From an uncultured Bacteroidales bacterium (GTDB taxonomy: Bacteria > Bacteroidota > Bacteroidia > Bacteroidales > FEN-979), in the NCBI GenBank assembly GCA_903903985.1, contig CAIVAT010000153.1:57352-121351 (forward strand): a stretch of 64,000 nucleotides of DNA, given 5' to 3'. Of the stretch, positions 56,404 to 64,000 are shown in pieces. The notes under the pieces are model-generated. The model was not told the DNA's origin, searched no databases, and saw only the letters and a list, made by a program, of their open reading frames with translations. Both the position numbers and the translations under genes were made by a program. Positions within the stretch are counted from its first letter, which is position 1. Every line of letters begins with the position of its first letter.

Positions 56404-57006
56404 ATGAAAACAAAACTTGGTTATATAATCCTTGGGTTGGGGCTTTTCTTAACCCTCTCCTGTTCGAAGTACCCGCCCTCATCAGACAGGTTGCTGGAAG
56501 ATCTTGCCGTTATTACGCAATACGACACAAAAGCTGATTTCAACAGCTACAAGACCTATTCACTTGCTCCTTCTATCACGAAAATTACCGACAAAGACAC
56601 GACTGTGATGACAGGACCAACCGCGGATGCTGTTCTTGCACAGATAGACAAGGACATGCAGGCAAAGGGCTTTGTTAAGAGTGCCCCTTCCGCAAAGCCT
56701 GACCTGGTGATAGAGGTTACCTATTTCCAGAACACTACTGTCTATACTTATTACTATGGCAATTGGGGATGGTACTATCCTTATTATCCCTATTATCCGG
56801 TCTATTATTCTTCCTACACCACCGGATTAGCCAATATTGAAATGATTGATCTGAAAAATGCCGACAATGTTAATCAACGTGCATCCATTTGCTGGAATGC
56901 CTATATCAGGGGCCTGCTCACCGGCAGCCATACCACTGCTGAAATTACCGCCAAAGTCGATCAGGCATTTATCCAGACACCACAGTTGGTAACAACAGCA
57001 AAATAA
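56404..57006 (+). CDS. lipoprotein, DUF4136-like, with a Tyr-rich low-complexity loop
   Basis: Lipobox LTLSC. Loop YTYYYGNWGWYYPYYPYYPVYYSSY between conserved beta-alpha units. Confidence 0.5.
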   Translation: MKTKLGYIILGLGLFLTLSCSKYPPSSDRLLEDLAVITQYDTKADFNSYKTYSLAPSITKITDKDTTVMTGPTADAVLAQIDKDMQAKGFVKSAPSAKPDLVIEVTYFQNTTVYTYYYGNWGWYYPYYPYYPVYYSSYTTGLANIEMIDLKNADNVNQRASICWNAYIRGLLTGSHTTAEITAKVDQAFIQTPQLVTTAK

Positions 57007-57055
57007 TTATATCTTAAAACAACTGCTTTGAAAAAATTATTTCTTGTTCAGCGTG

Positions 57056-57095
57056 AAAAGCCCGGCGATATCCTGTTCTTGCCGGGCTTTTTTTT
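57056..57095 (+). terminator. rho-independent terminator (agcccggc / gccgggct + T8)
   Basis: 8-bp GC-rich stem (57059..57066 / 57081..57088) flanked by an A-run and a T-run, so it could act bidirectionally. Confidence 0.75.
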
Positions 57096-57164
57096 AAAAT
57101 CATTGGAAAAAACCCGCGGTTGTTATATCTTTCGCAAAAAATTAATTTTGTTAAAACAACGAAT

Positions 57165-57842
57165 ATGAAAACAAACAAACTTATTCTGGCAGTTTTAATA
57201 GCAGCAAGCGCTTTTTTACTCACTTCCTGCGGAGCGCCGGTTACTTTAACTACCTGGAAGAATCCTGAAAACAAAGCCCAGATATCAAAAGTCGCAGTGA
57301 TGCCTCTGTTTGAAAAAATTGAGTTCATGAAACCCTTTGAGCAAACGATGGTAACGGTTTTCAACAACAAGGGACTCAAAGCAATCGGATCCCTGGCATT
57401 TCTGAACCCCACGATCAAATATGCAATTGATGACATTAAACACCGGTGCGATAGTCTCGGCGTGGATGCCATCCTGATTTTCACCTACCAGGGAATGGAC
57501 AAAACTGAAAACTATATTCCTCCCACATCATATTATGCCGGAGGATACGGAGGATATGGCGGTTATTGGAGTGGTGGATACTGGGGCGGATATTACGGCG
57601 GATATGCCGGCGGGTATTATGGCGGCACGGTTGCTACCACCGGGGGATATTGGACCACATCAACCATGATTAACCTTTCTGCCAAATTATACGTAAAAGG
57701 GTCCAAAGATGCACTCTGGACTGGTGAAATTTCCGTAACAGACCCGGAATATGTTGACCAGGTTGCCCATACGCTGGCACAGAATATCTATGCTGACTGG
57801 CAAAAACAAAACCTGATAAAATTCACCCCAAAGGGAAAATAA
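57165..57842 (+). CDS. lipoprotein, DUF4136-like, with a Gly/Tyr-rich low-complexity loop
   Basis: Lipobox LLTSC. Loop YYAGGYGGYGGYWSGGYWGGYYGGYAGGYYGG. Start trimmed to MKTNKL (57165). Confidence 0.5.
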   Translation: MKTNKLILAVLIAASAFLLTSCGAPVTLTTWKNPENKAQISKVAVMPLFEKIEFMKPFEQTMVTVFNNKGLKAIGSLAFLNPTIKYAIDDIKHRCDSLGVDAILIFTYQGMDKTENYIPPTSYYAGGYGGYGGYWSGGYWGGYYGGYAGGYYGGTVATTGGYWTTSTMINLSAKLYVKGSKDALWTGEISVTDPEYVDQVAHTLAQNIYADWQKQNLIKFTPKGK

Positions 57843-57961
57843 TTCCTCAATCGCAGATGATCAATTCCCTGATATTCGCACCCAAACGCAGGCAAGAGTA
57901 TGGTTCGTTTTATAAACCTGGCTTTATAGGTTAAATTTGTCAGAGAACCTTATAAGCAAAG

Positions 57962-58111
57962 ATGAGATATTATATTGTTGCATTGGTTTTTTTAACGACA
58001 TGTTTACCCCTGAAAACATTGGCAACGAACAAAGACGGTCCAGTTCGGGTTCCTGATACCCTGCATGCCCGTTTGACAGGAAGAATACAGGCAATGCGGA
58101 AAATGACTTGA
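57962..58111 (+). CDS. possible 49-aa exported/lipobox peptide
   Basis: MRYYIVALVFLTTCLPLK.. has a hydrophobic N-terminus with LTTC. A TAAATTTG box at 57932..57939 lies 22 nt upstream. The ORF is below the track size cutoff. Confidence 0.25.
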   Translation: MRYYIVALVFLTTCLPLKTLATNKDGPVRVPDTLHARLTGRIQAMRKMT

Positions 58112-58152
58112 ATGCATTGTTATCATTATAAGATTTTTTAACAGTTTCCCAA

Positions 58153-59487
58153 ATGAAAAATCAGATGAAAAAACAAATACCTGCATTTCTGCTGCTACTA
58201 TTTTCCCTGGTTGCAACAGGCGGTCTGTATGCCCGGCAGGCTGACTCAACAGGAAAAACCAGCACAACCACGGCAGATACTGTTAAAGCAAAACCCGAAA
58301 AGGATTGCCAGCAACAATCCATTGGCGACCTGTTCAGAAAGAAAGAAACGACACCAAAGCCACCAAAAAAATTCATGGCACTCATTTTGCCCAATATCAG
58401 TTCCAATCCATCCAACGGCTTTGTGCTTGGCATCGGGGGAACCTTCGGATGGTACATGGGCTCCAGGGAAAACACCAGGGTTTCCTCTGCTCCTTTCACC
58501 GTGGCCATAACCTCCAAGAAACAACTGATCACTTTTGTTAAATCCAACATCTATACGAAGGAGGACAAATTTTTCCTCCAGGGCGACTGGCGATTTTACC
58601 TTTACAGCCAGCCCACCTACGGCCTGGGCACCAATGCCCCCGATGCAGGCAATTTACCGAGCAATTTTCACTGGGCCGGCGAGGGTGGTTCGACAGATTC
58701 ATTATCCTTCCCGATGAAATACAATTATGTGAAATTCAGTGAGATTGTAAACAGGAAAATTGTTGAAAATTTCTATGTAGGCATGGGGTATCATTTTGAT
58801 GACTATTACTCCATACAGGATGAGAAACTTCACCTGGATTCAACACCTCCGCAATTAACACCGCATTATGTATATTCAGACACTAACCAATACAGTACAG
58901 TACATTACATTTTATCCGGGTTGAGCGCCAACGTGGTTTACGACAGCCGCGACAACCAGGCTAATCCGTATAAAGGCATTTACGCGAACATAAATTACAG
59001 GTATAACTTAAAGCTCCTGGGGAGTGACCAGGATGCATCTGAACTCTGGATGGAATTCAGGACATACGTCGGTCTTTCGAAAAAGAAGCAACGGCACCTG
59101 ATCGCTTTCTGGGCATTCGGTGATTTTAACCTTACTGGCGATCTGCCCTATATGACGCTGCCTGCCCTTGGCGGAGACCAGCGCGCCCGTTCCGGCCGAG
59201 GATATGTCAATGGCCGTTTCCGCGGAAAAAACCTGGTTTATGGAGAAGCTGAATGGCGTTTCCCCATCTCCCCATGTTCACAGATCCTCGGTGGTGTGAT
59301 CTTTGTTAATGCCACAACCACCGATAACCCTGCCCGCAACGTAGCCCTTTTTCAATATATAAAGCCATCTGTAGGGTTCGGGATCAGAGTGATGATCAAT
59401 AAATATTTCAGGACAAACATCAACCTCGATTTCGCCATCGGATCCAAATCACAGGGATTCTACTTCTCGGGGCAGGAGACGTTTTGA
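58153..59487 (+). CDS. Omp85/BamA-TamA-family outer-membrane beta-barrel without obvious POTRA repeats
   Basis: Signal peptide and bacterial surface-antigen-like barrel strands (GYVNGRFRG, YGEAEWRF, ..FAIG..GFYFSGQETF terminal F). Confidence 0.6.
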   Translation: MKNQMKKQIPAFLLLLFSLVATGGLYARQADSTGKTSTTTADTVKAKPEKDCQQQSIGDLFRKKETTPKPPKKFMALILPNISSNPSNGFVLGIGGTFGWYMGSRENTRVSSAPFTVAITSKKQLITFVKSNIYTKEDKFFLQGDWRFYLYSQPTYGLGTNAPDAGNLPSNFHWAGEGGSTDSLSFPMKYNYVKFSEIVNRKIVENFYVGMGYHFDDYYSIQDEKLHLDSTPPQLTPHYVYSDTNQYSTVHYILSGLSANVVYDSRDNQANPYKGIYANINYRYNLKLLGSDQDASELWMEFRTYVGLSKKKQRHLIAFWAFGDFNLTGDLPYMTLPALGGDQRARSGRGYVNGRFRGKNLVYGEAEWRFPISPCSQILGGVIFVNATTTDNPARNVALFQYIKPSVGFGIRVMINKYFRTNINLDFAIGSKSQGFYFSGQETF

Positions 59488-59502
59488 ATTTTGTGATATG
59501 AA

Positions 59503-60672
59503 TTACAAATACAAAGGGGCGCTGAACTTCTCCTCCCTGGAGTATTCACCGGATGAGTTTAAGGAAGCAGATCCGTCATACCCTAATTGATGCCTGATAT
59601 CTGAGGCGGACTTATCCACCAGGCGGATTGTCTCCTCCGATGGAGGATACGGATTATGCTCAGGTTGCGTGTTTTCAGCCATGTACTTTTCGAAATGAGG
59701 TAAAACCCTGTTGAAATCACCCAATCCGAATTTATCATAGATGCCCTTCAAATGTCCCGGAATATCCCCGATAAAATCATCCATTTTCAATTCCATGAGA
59801 TCGGATGAAGGAATTATTTCACGGTCACGAAAGTATGCATCCATCGACTTCCTATAAAGGTCCACTACATGTTCACGGGAGAAGCCCGGAGGGACATCCT
59901 GAAGCTGGACCCCCGGAAATACTGACAGTATGAAGTGGTACAGGGATTCGTTCACCTTGTAAGGGTCACGGTGAATGAAGATAAATTTAGCATCGGGGAA
60001 CATCTCTTTCAGCAAGCCTATACGCGTGAGATGGCATGGATTTTTCCCGATATACCGGATGCCTCCGGTATTGAACACCGCTTTTGCGATCATGTTATGG
60101 TACGCCTCTTTCCACTGGGAAATTCTCTCGGGGGGAAGATTGCCGGTGAACAGTTCCTGGCTGATAATGCTGTCGAATTCGGCCGGGAAAAGGAAGAATT
60201 TATAGATTGAAGCAGGTTGCATGTTCATCATGCCGAAGTCTTCCTCCTGCGGGAAATCCATGTCCATGCTGACGTTGTCATATGGCCGCTTGATCGGAAC
60301 AAAATAATTGATCACAGGTTTTAACCACCACGACTGGGTGAGGATCAGGTTTGGAAAAACGGTCTGTAAGGTCGTGGTATAGGCGGCTTCCGGATCCTGG
60401 CACAAGAGGTTATGCAGCAGGGTGGTTCCGCTGCGCCAAAAACCAATGATGAAAACAGGAGGGGTTTTTAAACGAAGGTTGCGGATGCGCTTTTGCCACA
60501 ACAGCCGTTCCGTTTGGGTAAAAACCTCAAGAATTCCTGCAGTAGCCCAGGATAGGATAAGCTTCCCGCGGTACTTCGGCTCAACGATGTGATCTTTGAG
60601 TAGTGCAGATATGTTTTTAACAGGACTGCCGGCAAGGGTGGTAACAGGAAACCTGAAAGTAGTACGACGCAT
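59503..60672 (-). CDS. PAPS-dependent sulfotransferase family protein
   Basis: 5'-PSB loop FIIGFWRSGTTLLHNLL and 3'-PB-like region RYIGKNPCHLTRI..FIFIHRDP. Confidence 0.75.
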   Translation of the reverse strand: MRRTTFRFPVTTLAGSPVKNISALLKDHIVEPKYRGKLILSWATAGILEVFTQTERLLWQKRIRNLRLKTPPVFIIGFWRSGTTLLHNLLCQDPEAAYTTTLQTVFPNLILTQSWWLKPVINYFVPIKRPYDNVSMDMDFPQEEDFGMMNMQPASIYKFFLFPAEFDSIISQELFTGNLPPERISQWKEAYHNMIAKAVFNTGGIRYIGKNPCHLTRIGLLKEMFPDAKFIFIHRDPYKVNESLYHFILSVFPGVQLQDVPPGFSREHVVDLYRKSMDAYFRDREIIPSSDLMELKMDDFIGDIPGHLKGIYDKFGLGDFNRVLPHFEKYMAENTQPEHNPYPPSEETIRLVDKSASDIRHQLGYDGSASLNSSGEYSREEKFSAPLYL

Positions 60673-61076
60673 GACAGGGATTAAAATATCTTTTTATTGG
60701 CTTTTCAAAGTTATAAACTCAACTGGCATGTTGACAATAATTATGAAGCAAAGGTAAATGCTATTAATTTCTGTAAAAATACTAATTGATAAGTAACAAT
60801 TCACTTTTTGTTTGCATTCAAAAAGTCTCGTTCAGGCTGAAGGAGATTCCTTTCGTTCCATCGGCACCAAAAACAGCATAAGCCAATACGATACAATTAA
60901 TATTTGAAGTGTTGAAGACCAAATGGCCGCTTCCCGCCGAATAGAGGTTACACAAAATTTATGCGTCATGCTTGGGCGGCAGTGCACCCTTTAACCTTTG
61001 TGTTGGTTTCTAATCTTTAAAAGAAGAGTTATTCTCTGCCTCCTTTTTTCGTATATTGCATTCATATTAAATTACA

Positions 61077-63212
61077 ATGAATTTAAAAAGTAAGAATAAG
61101 ACACTTTTACTCCTAATTGCAATAACATTTCTATTTGACATAATTAATGCTCAAAATCCAAAGTGGCGGAATTATTCCTGTGGTAAATCAATTAGTGCTA
61201 TTGCTGAAGAACAAGATAGAATGTGGGTTGGGACGACTGGTGGATTAGTAGAACTTGATAAAAACACGGGTTCTGCTACATTTTACAACAAAGGAAATTC
61301 GGGTTTGCCCTACAATGTAATTTCATCAATAGCCATTGATAATAACGGGACCAAGTGGATTGGAATTTATCAATCCTGGCATGGGTTTGTCGGTTACGGA
61401 TTAATAAAATTTGACGGGACATCCTGGAAAACCTACAACACATCAAATTCGGGGTTACCCGATGACCGGGTCACTTCAATCGTCGCCGACAATGATGGAT
61501 ACTTGTGGATTGGCACAGTTAACGGGATGGCAAAATTTGACGGGACCAACTGGATAATTTATAACACATCAAATTCGGGATTACCCTGGAACTATGTTTC
61601 TTCGATTGCCATTGATGAAAACGGAACCAAGTGGATCGGGAGTGGTGGTTTGACAAAATTTGACGGAACCAACTGGACAAATTATAACACCTCAAATTCG
61701 GGCATCCCATCTGACGATATTGTATCAATTGCCACAGAAACAGGGGGGATTGAATGGATTGCGACAAGAGAATGGGGAATAGCTCGATTTGACGGAACAA
61801 GCTGGACAGGATACAACATTAATAATTCAGGCTTGCCATCAAATGAACTTTTTTCTATTGCCGTTGATAATAACGGAACCAAGTGGATTGGTACTGTCGA
61901 TGGGTTAACAGTATTTGACGGAACGAACTGGATAACATATAATACATCAAATTCCGGATTACCAAATAGATATGTTTCCACAATTGATATTGATGAAGGC
62001 GGGTTTAAATGGATTGGCACAGACGCCGGACTGGTAAAATTCGATGGATTGAACTGGATAAACATTGGTACCTCAAATTCGGGTTTACCGGGCAACAAGA
62101 TCAATTCAATAGCAATAGAAAATGGTGTAACATCGTGGATTGGAACGGATGATGGATTAGCAAAATTCGATGGAAAATACTGGACAACCTACAACACTTC
62201 AAATTCGGGTTTGCCCGGGAAAAATGTCCGAGCAATAGCGATTGATAGAAATGGAAACAAATGGATTGGAACTTTTGGCGGATTAGCAAAATTTGATGGG
62301 ACGAACTGGACAGTTTACACTACTTCAAATTCCGGGTTACCTCATTACAATGTAACTTCAATAGCAATAGACAGCAGCGGGAACAAATGGATTGGAACCT
62401 CTGAAGGAGGATTAACAAAATTTGACGGGACAAACTGGACAACTTATAACAAAAACAATTCAGGATTGCCTGATAATGCTGTCTTCGCAGTAGCGTTAGA
62501 TGGCAATGAAACCAAATGGATCGGAACCTGGGGTGGTGGACTGGTAAAGTTTGATGGCACAAACTGGACAACGTACGACACTTCAAATTCACCTTTACCG
62601 ACTATTTTTATCTGGTCAATAATTATTGACGGCGACGGGACGAAGTGGATTGGAACGTATCTCGGAGGATTGATAAAATATGAAGGTACCAACTGGACTA
62701 GATTCAACGGTTCAAATTCGGGTTTGCCGATTGACAATAGTGTCCATTCAATAGCGATAGATGGGAACAGAAATAAATGGATCGGAAATATTGGTGGTTT
62801 GACAAAATATGACGGAACAAACTGGGCAACATTCACTATGTCAAATTCTGGATTACCTGACAACTTTGTCCTTTCGCTGAACATAGACAGCAGCGGAACA
62901 AAGTGGATTGGTACCTGGGATGGGGGATTGAGTGTTTATAATGAAAATGGAGTGCCATTTTCTATCTGGGAAAATGTACCAACTGAAAATAGATTAAAAG
63001 TCTTTCCTAATCCCTCATTCACAAGCATCACCATCGAAACCAACACCAAAGGCTCCCTTTCCGTTCTGAATCTCAACGGCAAACAAATCATCATAAGTCA
63101 AATCACAGAATCAGAAACTCAAATTGACCTCTGTAATTTGAGAAGCGGTGTTTATTTTGTGAAACTCGTGGGAGAAAAAGGCATACAGGTGGAAAAGATA
63201 ATAAAGGAATGA
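61077..63212 (+). CDS. secreted ~14-blade beta-propeller (two-component-regulator-propeller/Reg_prop repeats) with a T9SS C-terminal sorting domain
   Basis: Signal peptide. 13 full and 1-2 partial copies of G(L)xKFDGTNWTxYNTSNSGLPxNxVxSIAIDxxGxKWIGT (41-43 aa). C-terminal LKVFPNPS..GVYFVKL.. CTD. Confidence 0.75.
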   Translation: MNLKSKNKTLLLLIAITFLFDIINAQNPKWRNYSCGKSISAIAEEQDRMWVGTTGGLVELDKNTGSATFYNKGNSGLPYNVISSIAIDNNGTKWIGIYQSWHGFVGYGLIKFDGTSWKTYNTSNSGLPDDRVTSIVADNDGYLWIGTVNGMAKFDGTNWIIYNTSNSGLPWNYVSSIAIDENGTKWIGSGGLTKFDGTNWTNYNTSNSGIPSDDIVSIATETGGIEWIATREWGIARFDGTSWTGYNINNSGLPSNELFSIAVDNNGTKWIGTVDGLTVFDGTNWITYNTSNSGLPNRYVSTIDIDEGGFKWIGTDAGLVKFDGLNWINIGTSNSGLPGNKINSIAIENGVTSWIGTDDGLAKFDGKYWTTYNTSNSGLPGKNVRAIAIDRNGNKWIGTFGGLAKFDGTNWTVYTTSNSGLPHYNVTSIAIDSSGNKWIGTSEGGLTKFDGTNWTTYNKNNSGLPDNAVFAVALDGNETKWIGTWGGGLVKFDGTNWTTYDTSNSPLPTIFIWSIIIDGDGTKWIGTYLGGLIKYEGTNWTRFNGSNSGLPIDNSVHSIAIDGNRNKWIGNIGGLTKYDGTNWATFTMSNSGLPDNFVLSLNIDSSGTKWIGTWDGGLSVYNENGVPFSIWENVPTENRLKVFPNPSFTSITIETNTKGSLSVLNLNGKQIIISQITESETQIDLCNLRSGVYFVKLVGEKGIQVEKIIKE

Positions 63213-63305
63213 ACGCTTATTTATTTTAAGATCAATTTCCCCGCCACCTTTAAAACAAAACGACCTGTAATCGATTGATTGACAGGTCATATTGCTGTTT
63301 TAGTG

Positions 63306-63321
63306 TACCCCGGGCGGGACT
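63306..63321 (-). other. possible orphan tRNA 3'-end fragment (att-like remnant)
   Basis: The rc reads AGTCCCGCCCGGGGTA, which resembles a T-loop end + T-stem + acceptor 3' strand. The rest of a tRNA is not present on either side. Confidence 0.25.
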
Positions 63322-63508
63322 AACACCATTTGCATTTCATTATTTCGGATCACTTCACGAAACCCACTAAATATAAGGTTTTCAGAAAATCACAAATCCA
63401 GAATAATACAATAAAACCTAAATAAACGACTTTTTACCCTCAACCCTACCCTCAACCCGTTTTTATTTACTATCTTTGTTCCTGTTCAAACCTTTTAACA
63501 ATTTCCTT

Positions 63509-64000
63509 ATGGCAGGATCAGTAACATTCGTTTTGAAAAACCCGACAATAAAAAAAACAGGGACAAAGAAACCGGAACCAAAAGAATCAGGGACAAAGAA
63601 ACCGGATGCCACTAAACAAACACCCATTTTAATGGTATTTTATTATGGAGATACACAAATTGTAGTATCAACCGGTGAACGTATTACCCCGAAATACTGG
63701 AATAAGGACACCCGAAAGGCAAGGGAAACAATTGATAACCCTGAAGGGAAAAACCTCAATACACGCCTTGAAACACACAAAATAAACGTAATGAACGCCG
63801 TTCGGGATCACCTCACCGCAAACGGGACTATTCACCCCGACAAACTTAAAACTGAATTGGTGAATGTATTACGACCCAAACCCATTGAGGAACCGAAACA
63901 AAAAACTTTTTTAGGTGCAATACAGGAATACATTGATACAACCAGTAAGGCACCCCGGACAAAATTAAGTTACGGAACCACGTTAAACGTTTTGAAGGAT
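63509..64000 (+). CDS. tyrosine-type site-specific integrase, N-terminal part (runs off the window)
   Basis: MAGSVTFVLKNP..ILMVFYYGDTQIVVSTGERITPKYWNKDTRKARE..NLNTRL is the typical Bacteroidota integrase arm-binding N-terminus. It stays in frame with no stop to position 64000. It is not in the ORF track because it is open-ended. Confidence 0.7.
   Translation, partial: MAGSVTFVLKNPTIKKTGTKKPEPKESGTKKPDATKQTPILMVFYYGDTQIVVSTGERITPKYWNKDTRKARETIDNPEGKNLNTRLETHKINVMNAVRDHLTANGTIHPDKLKTELVNVLRPKPIEEPKQKTFLGAIQEYIDTTSKAPRTKLSYGTTLNVLKD

Noticed and set aside
60673-61076. Possible gene or pseudogene in the 400-nt gap before the propeller gene
   Set aside because: There is no ORF of useful length, no recognisable motif and no clear RNA structure. 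It is treated as a promoter/leader region.
61100-62950. Regularly spaced ~125-nt DNA repeats that could be mistaken for a CRISPR array or satellite
   Set aside because: The repeats are in frame inside one long ORF and encode beta-propeller blades. There are no unique spacers between short identical repeats.
63306-63400. A complete tRNA gene next to the integrase
   Set aside because: Only about 16 nt resemble a tRNA 3' end. The flanking sequence lacks the T-loop, anticodon arm and D-arm on either strand.

Overview
The window looks like a chromosomal segment of a Bacteroidota bacterium. Supporting signs are T9SS C-terminal sorting domains, a UpxY antiterminator, TAnnTTTG -7 promoter boxes 15-30 nt upstream of starts, no Shine-Dalgarno sequences, and a CarboxypepD_reg-type TonB receptor. 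About 57 genes are supported. From left to right: (1) an aminolipid acyltransferase pair, engB, and a carboxyltransferase with a small biotin carrier; (2) a ~24 kb Wzx/Wzy capsule/O-antigen locus (6.3-30.6 kb) headed by upxY, carrying GDP-fucose and Fuc4NAc/ManNAc-type sugar genes, an exosortase-like membrane protein and a Wzi-like porin; (3) a metabolic block with a 5S-type carboxyltransferase, a long tungsten-type aldehyde:ferredoxin oxidoreductase, trpB2 preceded by a WWW leader peptide with tandem terminator hairpins, a Rieske oxygenase, pruA and an MFS transporter; (4) a same-strand tungstate/molybdate cluster (43.8-56.3 kb) running ModE-like regulator, wtpA, a four-gene TonB-receptor module, wtpBC, moeA-moaA-moaC and a MOSC-MogA fusion; (5) envelope proteins (Tyr/Gly-rich lipoproteins, Omp85-like, sulfotransferase, a 14-blade T9SS propeller); (6) the start of an integrase-bearing element at the right edge. 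Intergenic DNA is full of short word-repeat and hairpin families. No rRNA, intact tRNA or CRISPR array was seen. All functional calls rest on motif recognition by eye, and no searches were run.
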